A DNA stretch of 64,000 bases from Candidatus Bathyarchaeia archaeon. Lineage in GTDB: Archaea; Thermoproteota; Bathyarchaeia; Bathyarchaeales; Bathycorpusculaceae. The stretch is taken from the NCBI GenBank assembly GCA_038727135.1, contig JAVYWL010000002.1, forward strand, positions 32,001-96,000, read 5' to 3'. The translations under genes and the position numbers were made by a program. Shown one piece after another: positions 9,419-19,616 of this stretch (its first letter is position 1; every line of letters starts with the position of its first letter). The notes under the pieces were generated by a model, which was not told where the DNA came from, made no database searches, and worked only from the letters and a program-made list of their open reading frames with translations.

Positions 9419-10861
9419 ATGCCTAAATCCTCTCTTCCAAAATTTCAGCCTTTGTCCGAGGATGAAATCGAGTCAATTCACCTTGCTTCTCTTAGACTCC
9501 TAGAAGAGGTTGGCGTGAAAATATACAGCGAAAACGCATTAAAATTATTAAGCGGCAACGGAGCTGAGGTGGACTTTGATAAGAAAATTGCCTATATCCC
9601 ACAACATTTGGTTAAGGAAGCTCTCAGTAAGGCGCCTTCCACCATCAAACTTTATGGTAGAATTAGGAGACACGACAGAGTTTTAGAAGGAGACACAGTC
9701 ACATTTAATCCTGGATCATCAGCCCTATACATTCTGGATTATGAGACTGGTGAAATTAGGAGACCAATTTCGAAGGATTTGGAGAATCTTGTTAGACTTG
9801 CCGACGCTCTTGAACATATTCAGGCGCAAAGCACAGCCATGGTTGTTTCGGATGTCCCTCAGTCAATAGTGGACCGTTACCGCCTCTACATAGTTCTAAA
9901 AAATTCTTCAAAGCCAATAATAACCGGAGCCTTCAGCATCGATGGACTTTATGACATGAAAAGAATGCTTGAAATTGTGGCTGGCGGCGAGAAAGAATTA
10001 GCCAAAAAGCCCATGGCAATATTTGATGTTTGTCCCTCTTCACCGTTAAAATGGAGCGAAATCGACGTACAAAACCTAGTAGATTGCGCCAAATTCCGTT
10101 TACCTGTTAATATTATTCCAGCAATCCAGTTAGGTGCCACTGGTCCCGCAACGATAGCTGGCTCCCTTGTTCAACACAACGCCGAAGTTTTAAGCGGCTT
10201 GGTGATGGTTCAGCTAGTAAATCCGGGTTCCCCGGTGATTTATGGCGGTTCACCAACGGTTTTCGATCAGAGGTGTGCTACGGCTTGTCTAGGGGCTGTG
10301 GAAGCTATGCTTCTGGGTTGTGCCTACATCCAAATTGCAAAGAGCTATCGATTGCCAACTCACATGTATATTGGACTTAGTGATGCGAAGGTGATAGATG
10401 CACAATGCGGCTTTGAAACTGGAATAGGCTTAGTATTAGGAGCGTTGGCTGGAATAAACGTGATATCCGGACCGGGAATGTTAAACTTTGAAAATTGCCA
10501 AAGTTTAGAAAAACTTGTTATAGACAACGAAATTTGCGGCATGGCACTTAGGCTAGCAAAGGGTGTTAAGGTTGAAGATGAAACAATAGCCTTCGACCTT
10601 ATTAAAAAGGTGGGGCCCGGCGGAACATACTTGGCAGAAAGGCACACTCTGGAATGGATTAGAAAAGAGCAGTTCGTACCATCAGAAATCATTGATCGCA
10701 AAGAATGGAAGGCTTGGAGAGATGCTGGGAAAAAAGACGTAGTGAAACGAGCTCACGAAATTGTCGAGAAAAAACTGAAAGAGCATGTGCCTGAGCCGTT
10801 ACCCAAAGATGTCCAAGAAAACCTTGACAATTTTGCAAAAGACCTATTGAAAAGATGCTGA
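9419..10861 (+). CDS. MttB-family non-pyrrolysine methyltransferase 2
   Basis: SPLKW, GATGPATIAG, HNAEVLSG, SDAK..DAQ, GPGML and VIDNEI motifs; AGGAGG upstream of ATG 9419. Confidence 0.92.
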   Translation: MPKSSLPKFQPLSEDEIESIHLASLRLLEEVGVKIYSENALKLLSGNGAEVDFDKKIAYIPQHLVKEALSKAPSTIKLYGRIRRHDRVLEGDTVTFNPGSSALYILDYETGEIRRPISKDLENLVRLADALEHIQAQSTAMVVSDVPQSIVDRYRLYIVLKNSSKPIITGAFSIDGLYDMKRMLEIVAGGEKELAKKPMAIFDVCPSSPLKWSEIDVQNLVDCAKFRLPVNIIPAIQLGATGPATIAGSLVQHNAEVLSGLVMVQLVNPGSPVIYGGSPTVFDQRCATACLGAVEAMLLGCAYIQIAKSYRLPTHMYIGLSDAKVIDAQCGFETGIGLVLGALAGINVISGPGMLNFENCQSLEKLVIDNEICGMALRLAKGVKVEDETIAFDLIKKVGPGGTYLAERHTLEWIRKEQFVPSEIIDRKEWKAWRDAGKKDVVKRAHEIVEKKLKEHVPEPLPKDVQENLDNFAKDLLKRC

Positions 10862-10942
10862 AAGAATGGCATACCGCCCTAACTTTTTATGAAAATTTAA
10901 ATAGATTCCCAACGGTAAGACAGATTCCAAGGAGGATTCAAG

Positions 10943-11848
10943 ATGTTCAAGTTTGAAAAGGAGCAGAAAATTTTTGACATTGCAAACGTGAAGGTTGGAG
11001 GGCAACCAGGTCAACTTCCAACGGTGCTCATTGGAAGCATATTTTACCATAAGCACAAGATCGTAAAGGACGAGCGGAAAGGCGAGTTCGACAAGGAGAA
11101 AGCCGAAGAAGCACTGAAAAAGGAGGAGGAAATATCCAATAGAACTGGAAATCCGAGAATTGTGGATGTTTGCTGTTCATGGCCAGAAGCCTTTGAAAAA
11201 TTCATAGAGTTTGTCGCAGACCATATTGATGGACCCTTTACGATTGATGGCGCCACAGCCGATGTTAGGATTGCCGGGGCAAAATATGTTGGGGAAGTAG
11301 GCTTATCCGAAAGGGTTGTTTACAATTCCATAACACCCCATGTTAAAGAGGAAGAAATCACAGCCATTAGAGACGCCAAGATTAAATCTGCCGTACTTTT
11401 AACACTTAACACCAAAAACCCCACAATTTCGGGAAGGTTGCAGGTGCTCGACGAGTTATTAGCCACGGCTCAAAAGGCGGGAATAGAAAAGTTTTTGGTG
11501 GATACTACGGTTCTCGACCTGCCCGATCCGGGACCAGTTAGCAAGGCCATCTACCTAGTTAAGGAAAAATATGGGTTGCCCGCTGGGGCTGGAACACATA
11601 ACGCTGTTGACAGATGGAAAAGTAGGCGCAAGCTTGATGCAACAGAGTATATGCTTGCAACCAGTGTAGCCAACGTTTTCCCCATAATTGCCGGAGCCAA
11701 CTTCATACTGTATGGACCCATTGAAAACGCTTCCCAAGCATACTTTTACTGTGGCTTAGCTGACGCTTATGTCGCTTACGCTGTTTCCCAAGAGTTTGGG
11801 GTAAGACCGTTAACAAGAGATCATCCATTATACAAAATATTCAGGTAA
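10943..11848 (+). CDS. mtrH: MtrH/MtgA-like methylcorrinoid:pterin methyltransferase
   Basis: MFKFEKEQKIFDI..VGGQPGQLPTVLIGSIFY, YNSI, GAGTHNA and LYGPIENA motifs. Confidence 0.88.
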   Translation: MFKFEKEQKIFDIANVKVGGQPGQLPTVLIGSIFYHKHKIVKDERKGEFDKEKAEEALKKEEEISNRTGNPRIVDVCCSWPEAFEKFIEFVADHIDGPFTIDGATADVRIAGAKYVGEVGLSERVVYNSITPHVKEEEITAIRDAKIKSAVLLTLNTKNPTISGRLQVLDELLATAQKAGIEKFLVDTTVLDLPDPGPVSKAIYLVKEKYGLPAGAGTHNAVDRWKSRRKLDATEYMLATSVANVFPIIAGANFILYGPIENASQAYFYCGLADAYVAYAVSQEFGVRPLTRDHPLYKIFR

Positions 11849-11939
11849 AAGTTTAAACATCCTAAAAATTCGTTATAAAACCGCTTTACTATTTTCTTCT
11901 AATTCAAGTTTTTAAGTGTGCTATTGTGGAATATGGCTT

Positions 11940-13115
11940 TCACTTGTTTAACTTTTCTAGGGCTGTCCGCATTCTATTCATTGCTTCCTTTATTTTCTCC
12001 TTTGATGTCGCATAGGAAATTCTTATGTATCCTTCACCGTAATCGCCGAAGGCTGTTCCCGGCACTGTTATAACCTTTGCCTTCTCAAGAAGATACATTG
12101 CAATTTTCTCTGAGGGCATACCTGTTTCCTTTATGCTTGGGAAAACATAGAAGGCTCCCTCAGGTTTTAGACATGTAACTCCGGGCATACTGTTTAACTC
12201 TTTTGTTACGATTTCTCTTCTTTCGGCGTACTCCTTAAGCATTCTTTGCACGTGTTCCTTTGGACCGCGTAAAGCCGCAATGGCAGCCATCTGGGAAATG
12301 GAGCTTGGATGCACAAGGACGTGCTCTTGAAGTTCGAGCATAACCTCTGTAATCTCTTCTGGTGCCACGACAAAGCCTATGCGCCATCCGGTCATGGCAT
12401 AGGTTTTTGAGAATGTGAATATGCTTACTGTTCTCTCTTTCATTTCTGGAAGAGACGCGATGCTCACGTGGTTTACTCCATCATATAAAATATTTTCATA
12501 AGCTTCATCGGAAATCACATAGAGGTCGTGTTCCAACACGATATCCGCTATGCTTTTCAGCTCCTTTTCCCTAAGCACAGCCCCTGTAGGATTGGACGGC
12601 GAATTAATAATGATAGCCTTCGTTTTCGGCGTTATCCTCTCCGCTATATCGTCGGCTTCTGCGTGGAAATTATTCTCCTCTTTGAGGGGATAATAAACCG
12701 GTTTGCCACCAGCAAGAACTGTTTGGGCAGCATAGTTTGGGAAGCCGGGATCTGGAATAAGCACCTCGTCGCCGGGGTCTATTAAAGCTAGCATCGCCAG
12801 AGATAAGCCTCCCATGGCTCCAGCTGTTGCCATAATTTCCTTCTCCGGGTCGGCTTCTATGCGGTTTTCTTTCCGCAGCTTTTCCGAAGCAACCTTCCTA
12901 AACTCTAGGAAACCAGCATTTACGGTGTAGTGGGTGTAGCCCTCCCTCATAGCCTTAAAAGCTGCCTCAATAATGTGCGGCGGCGTGTCAAAATCCGGCT
13001 CCCCTATTGATAAATTCACCAGGCCTTCATATTTTTGAGCCAAGTCAAACATTTTCCGGATTCCGGATTTTGGAATTTTCTTAGAACGCTTTGAAAGTTT
13101 CAATTTTTTACTCAT
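11940..13115 (-). CDS. Class I/II PLP aminotransferase (AspC-like)
   Basis: GEPDF, NSPSNPTG, SDEAYE, FSKTYAMTGWRIG, PGTAFG and YIRISYA motifs. Confidence 0.92.
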   Translation of the reverse strand: MSKKLKLSKRSKKIPKSGIRKMFDLAQKYEGLVNLSIGEPDFDTPPHIIEAAFKAMREGYTHYTVNAGFLEFRKVASEKLRKENRIEADPEKEIMATAGAMGGLSLAMLALIDPGDEVLIPDPGFPNYAAQTVLAGGKPVYYPLKEENNFHAEADDIAERITPKTKAIIINSPSNPTGAVLREKELKSIADIVLEHDLYVISDEAYENILYDGVNHVSIASLPEMKERTVSIFTFSKTYAMTGWRIGFVVAPEEITEVMLELQEHVLVHPSSISQMAAIAALRGPKEHVQRMLKEYAERREIVTKELNSMPGVTCLKPEGAFYVFPSIKETGMPSEKIAMYLLEKAKVITVPGTAFGDYGEGYIRISYATSKEKIKEAMNRMRTALEKLNK

Positions 13116-13140
13116 AAGGAACCCTACGCTTAACGAAAAT

Positions 13141-13797
13141 TTATTTCGAATATCCTAGAAGCCTTTTAACAACTTCGACTGCCTCTGTGGCGTCTGCTCC
13201 ATAGCCGTCGGCGCCTATTTCTTCAGCCCATTCTCTGCTGGCTGGAGCCCCGCCTATGATTACTTTAACCTTGTCTCTTAGGCCTTCCCTCTTTAAAGCC
13301 TCAATGACTGTTCTTTGCTCTGGCAGGGTTGTGGTTAAGAGGGCTGACAGTCCAACGACGTCTGGCTTTAACTCTTTAATCTTCTCTACAAATTTTTCAG
13401 CTGGCACGTCCTCTCCAATGTCGTAAACTTCAAACCCGTTTGCTGTTAGCATAGAACCAACTATGGTTTTTCCTATGCTGTGGATGTCTCCTGCAACAGT
13501 GCCTAAAAGCACTTTGCCAAGAGCCTTGCGCTCCTTCTTCGCCCGTCTTAGCTCTGGCTCCAAAACTTCTAAAGCTTTTTTCATAGTTTCTGCAGCCATT
13601 ACCAGTTCTGGGAGAAACGCTTCTCCGTTGGCAAATTTTTCTCCAACCTCTCTTATTCCCCTAGCTAAGCCTTCCTCTATAGCCTTAAGAAGGTCAACCC
13701 CAAGCTTTACTGCCTCTTTAGCAGCGGAAACCGCCTCGTCAGCATTGTAGTTCAAAACTGAAAGCCTTAACCTTTCAATAATGTTTTCTGCGCTCAT
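13141..13797 (-). CDS. Methyltransferase cognate corrinoid protein 2
   Basis: GDIHSIGKTIV, SALLTTT and IIGGAP motifs; paralog of 7216..7866. Confidence 0.93.
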   Translation of the reverse strand: MSAENIIERLRLSVLNYNADEAVSAAKEAVKLGVDLLKAIEEGLARGIREVGEKFANGEAFLPELVMAAETMKKALEVLEPELRRAKKERKALGKVLLGTVAGDIHSIGKTIVGSMLTANGFEVYDIGEDVPAEKFVEKIKELKPDVVGLSALLTTTLPEQRTVIEALKREGLRDKVKVIIGGAPASREWAEEIGADGYGADATEAVEVVKRLLGYSK

Positions 13798-13798
13798 T

Positions 13799-15220
13799 TT
13801 AAGCTCCTCCCCTTCTCTTAATAATGCTTATAATTTTAGCTTTTACATCCTTTGAGAGCGGAAGAACTTGATGCTCTTTTAATATTTTCTCGGCTTCTTC
13901 CTTAGCTTTAACCCATAAATCCCTAGCCCCCGATTTGACCCAAATGTCTGGAAAAGTCCTATCAGTTATTTTCGGTATCCAAATCTCCCTTCTGAAGTGT
14001 TCAAGGGTGTGGCGCTCTTTTATGAAGCTGCCTTTGGGTCCAACATTCTTGATAACGTCAAATGCTAGGGTTTCATCTGTGATTTCGAAGCCGCCTACAA
14101 GTTTCTTTATCATACTGACAATCTCATTGTCTATGATGAGCCCTTCCAGGCTCATGGTGTTTTCTGAGGCGATTAAACCCATTCCGCATATTAGGTTAAG
14201 ACCAGCAAGGGCTGGAAGTACACCTGTTAAAGCCTTTTCATATCCCATCTGAGCGTCCAGAGATTTGGAGTCTGTTAAAACACCGCCGCCAGCGCTTGGA
14301 ATACCGTAATAATGCGCCATGTTGGCAACGCATGAGTGTAGCAGGGCAAATTCTGGTCCTCCAAGCACGGCTGAAGCTTGTCTCACATCCATGGCCCTTG
14401 CCCAACTCCCAATGACGAGCGGAGCGTTCTTGTTAACCACATAACGAATCACTAAGGCACTTATGAACTCAGCCATGTTTAGGGCTAGAGTTCCAGCCAA
14501 AGTCACTGGACTTGTCGCCCCAGCCATGGGACCAGAGTTCACAAAAACCGGGATGCCAAGTTTGCAAGCTTCAACAAAAGCTTCAAGGGTAGCCCTATCA
14601 TAAGTAAGTGGACTCGTTATAGATATCAGCAAAAGCATTATCGGTTTTTTCCTCAACTCCTCAACTCCGCCAACAATAGTTGAAGCCATTTCAATGGCGT
14701 CTTGGGCGCCTTCCTTCCGCATAGCCTCATTAATTATTGGTTTACTTGTGTTTTCGAAGGCTGTTGCCCACATGTACCTATCCACAATCTCATGGGGCAC
14801 ATCCATTGGAGAGCCCATACACATGTAAAACTCAACATTATCTAAGGCGTCGGCAATTCTCGTTGCATTCGCCAAGTCTTGAACTGTAACCCTCCTATAA
14901 GTTCTTGACGCGGCATCATAGAAGTTAGTTGCAAAACCCACGGTGCCGAAACGGGTTTCATCCCCGCCCAGAGTCCTCCTCGTTTTCAAGTCTCTATGGT
15001 AAACGCTAAATCTATGGGGTGTCTTCTGCAGAGCGTCCTCAGCAAGATAATGTGGAATAAACGCTCGCTGACTTTTATGATCAACCTCAGCGCCCGCCTC
15101 CTCAAGCTTTTGAAGAACTTCTTCATAGGGAATTATAACGCCGACCTCTTGAAGGATATCCAAACTTGTCAGATGCACAGCGTACCTTTGTCTCTTGGAA
15201 AGTAAATTAGGGTAGTACAT
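13799..15220 (-). CDS. MttB-family non-pyrrolysine methyltransferase 3
   Basis: SPLTYD, GATSPVTLAG, GGPE, TDSK..DAQMGYEK and IDNEI motifs; 1 nt gap to the corrinoid gene. Confidence 0.92.
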   Translation of the reverse strand: MYYPNLLSKRQRYAVHLTSLDILQEVGVIIPYEEVLQKLEEAGAEVDHKSQRAFIPHYLAEDALQKTPHRFSVYHRDLKTRRTLGGDETRFGTVGFATNFYDAASRTYRRVTVQDLANATRIADALDNVEFYMCMGSPMDVPHEIVDRYMWATAFENTSKPIINEAMRKEGAQDAIEMASTIVGGVEELRKKPIMLLLISITSPLTYDRATLEAFVEACKLGIPVFVNSGPMAGATSPVTLAGTLALNMAEFISALVIRYVVNKNAPLVIGSWARAMDVRQASAVLGGPEFALLHSCVANMAHYYGIPSAGGGVLTDSKSLDAQMGYEKALTGVLPALAGLNLICGMGLIASENTMSLEGLIIDNEIVSMIKKLVGGFEITDETLAFDVIKNVGPKGSFIKERHTLEHFRREIWIPKITDRTFPDIWVKSGARDLWVKAKEEAEKILKEHQVLPLSKDVKAKIISIIKRRGGA

Positions 15221-15329
15221 GGTTTTTTACCTTTTAAATAATATGAGCTTAAAGGTTGTCCTAATAAAATTTATTCTCAATGTACGAAAAATTTTTAGGA
15301 AGCATTTTCAGCTTTTTTAATGAAGTGTC

Positions 15330-16196
15330 ATGAAAGTCAATCTACTCCGTAAATATAATTATTTATTTTTATATTTGCCAGCTCTGGTCCTTTTTTTTGT
15401 ATTTTTCCTAACGCCTTTTGTTCTTATGATCAGAATAAGTTTTTTCATAGGGAAACCATTACATTGTTATATAGAAGGTTTTACGATTGAAAATTATTTG
15501 CGATTTTTAAGAGACTCCTATGTTCACGAACGGTTAATGTTCACACTTCAGTTATCAGCACCAGTAATTTTCCTAACTCTTGCTCTTGCCTATATTATGG
15601 CATATGCAATATCTCGTTCTTCCGGGATTAAGCGGTTGGTACTTATTTGTATTACTATTTTTCCAATTTGGATAAATTTAGTTGTTCTAGCTTTTGGCTG
15701 GCAAGTCGTATTCGCAAGATACGGTCTCATAAACTACTTTCTAATGAATATCGGTCTTATAGATAAACCCACACCACTTGGATATAACTTCATTTCTGTT
15801 GTGATAGGACTAGTCTACGTATGTTTACCTTATACTATTTTAACTTTGTTAAGTGTGCTTGACAATATCGATCCAACATTAGAAGAAGCGGCGAAAGATC
15901 TTGGAGCCTCAAAATTCAAAATCTTTGTCGAAGTAACGTTGCCTCTGTCAATGCCCGGAATAATTACAGGAGCAGCTTTTTGTTTCGTATGGGCTATGAG
16001 TTCTTTTGTTATTCCCTCATTTCTCGGTTCTCCTATGCAAAAAACAATCGGCATGGAAATAGCTAACCAGGTGTTAACGGCGTTAAACTGGCCTTATGGT
16101 TCTGTGTTAAGCATCGTATTATTATGTATAACTAGTTTGACATTACTTACTTCAAACACATTAAGGGAGAGGGCCACAAGATGGGCAAAACAATAA
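15330..16196 (+). CDS. Polyamine-type ABC transporter permease (PotB-like)
   Basis: Hydrophobic protein with the EAA loop LEEAAKDLGA...VTLPLSMPG and NWPYGS. Confidence 0.88.
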   Translation: MKVNLLRKYNYLFLYLPALVLFFVFFLTPFVLMIRISFFIGKPLHCYIEGFTIENYLRFLRDSYVHERLMFTLQLSAPVIFLTLALAYIMAYAISRSSGIKRLVLICITIFPIWINLVVLAFGWQVVFARYGLINYFLMNIGLIDKPTPLGYNFISVVIGLVYVCLPYTILTLLSVLDNIDPTLEEAAKDLGASKFKIFVEVTLPLSMPGIITGAAFCFVWAMSSFVIPSFLGSPMQKTIGMEIANQVLTALNWPYGSVLSIVLLCITSLTLLTSNTLRERATRWAKQ

Positions 16197-16990
16197 TTAA
16201 ATCAAGTAATTTTTTAAACCTTGCCTGTGCCTTAATATCAGCCTTTATGATAACTCCAGTAGCCTTAATTTTTATAACATCTCTTGATCCAGCTAAGTAC
16301 ATACGGTTTCCTCCATCGGGGTTTTCGCTGTTATGGTATGAGTATTTTTTTTCGAACAAAATGTGGCAAGATGCTCTCCTTAATAGTATTTATGTAGCAG
16401 TTTTAAACACCGTTATCTCTGTTCCATGTGGAATTATGGCAGCCTACGCGTACAGAAAATATCCTTTTACCAAGTTGAAAAATATATTTAATACAATTAT
16501 GATAATTCCATATGTAACTCCAAGTTTGTTAATTGGAATTGCACTTTTGATGGCCTTCGGTCAAACAATCCTTAGAGGAACCTATTTTATGGTCGCAATT
16601 GCCCATGCATTATGGTCAACATCCTTTGTTTATATTCTTATGCAAGCTGCTTTAGCAAACTATGACTTTACATATGAAGAAGCAGCGAAAGATCTTGGAG
16701 CTAATCTGGTTCAAGTATTTTCCGAAGTTACATTACCTCTTTTAAAGAGTGCCCTCATAGCGGCAATTCTCTTTGCCTTTATTTCATCATTTGGTGAAGT
16801 AACTATGGCTATTTTTTTGGTAACAAACAAAACAATCACCCTACCAGTTCTTTTATGGACATCACTAAAATATGAATTACATCCAGTAGCAACTGTTGCT
16901 TCAGTGATCTGCATCATTTTCGCAATTGTTATATTTGTATTAATTACTAAATTTTTTGGAACTGGAATATTAACTAAAATCGGGATGTAA
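16181..16990 (+). CDS. Polyamine-type ABC transporter permease (PotC-like)
   Basis: FPPSGFSLLWY, EEAAKDLGA, SFGE and TLPV motifs. Confidence 0.88.
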   Translation: MGKTIIKSSNFLNLACALISAFMITPVALIFITSLDPAKYIRFPPSGFSLLWYEYFFSNKMWQDALLNSIYVAVLNTVISVPCGIMAAYAYRKYPFTKLKNIFNTIMIIPYVTPSLLIGIALLMAFGQTILRGTYFMVAIAHALWSTSFVYILMQAALANYDFTYEEAAKDLGANLVQVFSEVTLPLLKSALIAAILFAFISSFGEVTMAIFLVTNKTITLPVLLWTSLKYELHPVATVASVICIIFAIVIFVLITKFFGTGILTKIGM

Positions 16991-16992
16991 AA

Positions 16993-18072
16993 ATGGAGAT
17001 AGCAGTTGAGACAAGAAATATAACTAAAAGATTCGAAAAAGGTAAGGTTGTAGCTCTCGACAATGTCTCTATTTACGTTAAAAAAGGTGAAATTTTTACT
17101 TTACTAGGTCCCTCTGGGAGTGGAAAATCTACTCTCTTAAGGATTATTGATGGATTGGAACAGCCCGATAGTGGTGATGTTTTTATAGATGGCAAATGCG
17201 TCACCTATGTTCCTGCACATAAACGAGACGTATGCATGGTTTTCCAAAGACTTGCACTTTTTCCTCACAAAAACGTATTTGAAAACGTAGCTTTTGGTTT
17301 GAAAATGCGTAAATTTGATAAGAATGAAATAAAGAAAAGGGTTGAGGAAACTCTTTGGAAAGTTGAACTTGACCCAGAAATTTACACCTCGCGCTTTCCG
17401 CATCAGTTAAGTGGAGGAGAAATGCAACGCGTTGCGTTGGCAAGAGCAATAGTTTTACGTCCAGCTGTAATACTTTTTGATGAGCCTTTATCCAGCCTTG
17501 ATAGACGTTTGCGCGATAAAATGCGTGTAGAATTAAAACAGTTATTAAAAAAGTTCAATATAACAGCTATTTATGTGACCCATGATCAGGAGGAAGCTTT
17601 CGTTATTTCCGATAGAATGGCTGTAATAAATAAGGGTAAAATCGTTCAAGAGGGAACTCCACTGGAGCTTTATGAGAAACCGCAATCAGCCTTTGTTGCA
17701 AATTTCCTAGGTGATACTAACATTTATAAAGGAGTTATAAAGCAAATAAAAGGCAACTTAGTGATTATAGAACTTCAAGGAGGAACATGTATAACTGCCA
17801 AATATGCGGATGCCCCGTCTATTTCAAGAGATGTTTTGGTATCTTTAAAAGCTGAGAAAATTGTTTTGTCTGATCGGCCTTTATTCGAAAACCATTTAGA
17901 AGCTGTAATAAGGGATGTTATATTCATGGGTGAAAAAATCATGTATATAGTTGAGGTGAGTAAAGAGTTAACGCTAAAAGCATTTGAAAAAAATTTTGGT
18001 AAGATTTGGCGTAAAGGAGGCAAGGTGCTAGTAAATTGGCTTCCAGACGACGTAGCACTTATCCCAGGGTAA
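16993..18072 (+). CDS. ABC transporter ATP-binding protein (PotA-like, TOBE domain)
   Basis: GPSGSGKS, LSGGEMQRVALARA, FDEP and VTHDQEEA motifs. Confidence 0.93.
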   Translation: MEIAVETRNITKRFEKGKVVALDNVSIYVKKGEIFTLLGPSGSGKSTLLRIIDGLEQPDSGDVFIDGKCVTYVPAHKRDVCMVFQRLALFPHKNVFENVAFGLKMRKFDKNEIKKRVEETLWKVELDPEIYTSRFPHQLSGGEMQRVALARAIVLRPAVILFDEPLSSLDRRLRDKMRVELKQLLKKFNITAIYVTHDQEEAFVISDRMAVINKGKIVQEGTPLELYEKPQSAFVANFLGDTNIYKGVIKQIKGNLVIIELQGGTCITAKYADAPSISRDVLVSLKAEKIVLSDRPLFENHLEAVIRDVIFMGEKIMYIVEVSKELTLKAFEKNFGKIWRKGGKVLVNWLPDDVALIPG

Positions 18073-18327
18073 TTTCTGTTTTAAGCTTAAAGTTTCAGCA
18101 AAATATCTCACTTTCTTATGTATAACAATTAAATGTTTCATTTATATAATTCTTCAACGCTAAAGCTACGATATCACCTCAAATTCAAACATTTGAATTT
18201 TATTAAGCTTAAATTGTTTAGCGACGCTATTAAGTAAAGCTTTATATTACTTATCTCATTTTAACAGTGGACTAAAGCTGTAGGAGATTCTATACAAGTT
18301 TTTATGTTGATTTTCACAATTTGTTTT

Positions 18328-19353
18328 TTATTCCAATTTTAGTTTTGGATAGTACCCTAAAACTTCTTGGTTAACTACATGTTTAGGTTTGATACATTTG
18401 TAAAACCTTATTATTTCTTCACATGCCATTTTTCGAACATTTATGATTGATTCCTCGCTGTACCATGCTATATGAGGTGTGATGATGACGTTTTTAAGCT
18501 TCAAGAACGGACTATTTTTATCAAGAGGTTCTTTTTCAAAAACATCTAAGGCAGCTGCATAAATGGTGTTGTTTTGCAACGCTTCATATAAAGCTTCTTG
18601 ATCCACTATCGCTCCGCGGGATACATTTATCAACATTGCCGTTTTTTTCATTAAGTTAATTCTTTTTTTGTCTATTAAATGATAGGTCTCTTTCGTGAGT
18701 GGGCAATGGATTGAGATTATATCAGAAGCTTTTAATAGGTTGTCTAAATCAGCTTGCATAACTCCAGAATCTTTGAAGATTACATCTGGCAAATATGGAT
18801 CATAAACAAGAATCCTTAAACCAAGGGACTTAAGTTTTTTGGCTACTTCCATTCCAATTCTTCCAAATCCAATGATTCCAGCCGTCTTCCCGCTTAGTCT
18901 ATAAATCGGACTGAAACGTTTCCAGTCCGTCCTAAAATTCGCCTTTCCTTTTTTTGTATAATAGTCGATCCATGGAATTTTTCTAGCTAAAGCAAAAATT
19001 AAACTTAAAGTATGCTCAGTTACTTCAACTGTGCAATAGTCTGGGATATTGCATACTATTATCCTCTTTTTTGTTGCTGTTTTTAAATCAATATTGTCAT
19101 ATCCAACAGCCAAGCGGACGATTAAGCGTAAATTTTTCAGAGATGATAATATTTTTTTATTTAAAGGTAGCAGGTTGCTGATAATTACATCCGCATCCCT
19201 TGCAACATTCAAAATCTCACTATCGTTTTTACACCTAAAAGATTTTATTTCCGCGTTTATTTCTTTTAAGGCTTCTTTCTCAAGGGAGACGTCATCAAAT
19301 GGATTATCCACCATTACAACTCTAATTCTATCTACATTCATTGTATCAATCAT
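18328..19353 (-). CDS. D-isomer-specific 2-hydroxyacid dehydrogenase (SerA/CtBP-like)
   Basis: VGYDNID, GIIGFGRIG, HCPLT, NVSRG, LDVFEKEP and TPHIAWYS motifs. Confidence 0.9.
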   Translation of the reverse strand: MIDTMNVDRIRVVMVDNPFDDVSLEKEALKEINAEIKSFRCKNDSEILNVARDADVIISNLLPLNKKILSSLKNLRLIVRLAVGYDNIDLKTATKKRIIVCNIPDYCTVEVTEHTLSLIFALARKIPWIDYYTKKGKANFRTDWKRFSPIYRLSGKTAGIIGFGRIGMEVAKKLKSLGLRILVYDPYLPDVIFKDSGVMQADLDNLLKASDIISIHCPLTKETYHLIDKKRINLMKKTAMLINVSRGAIVDQEALYEALQNNTIYAAALDVFEKEPLDKNSPFLKLKNVIITPHIAWYSEESIINVRKMACEEIIRFYKCIKPKHVVNQEVLGYYPKLKLE

Positions 19354-19616
19354 CTAGTTCGTTAAGTGCAACAAAAATATAATTTTTGCTGACCGATTCT
19401 CGCGTACGTAATCGTGTTTTAACTTGGTGGTTACCTTTTCTTATTCGCAAATCTTTAAGGACAGGTTTCCTAACCTATAACCGTAAGCTACAATCTTGTT
19501 TTCCGGATTTTAGACTAAAGGTCACTTGTAATGTTTACATTTTAATCTTACATAGAGGCTCAATTCAGTAAAATTTATATCTTCTTAAAAAAACATAACC
19601 AAAGAATGGTGATACA

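Noticed and set aside
19386-19571. 61-aa ORF between divergent genes
   Set aside because: No motif or ribosome-binding site; it lies in probable promoter DNA.
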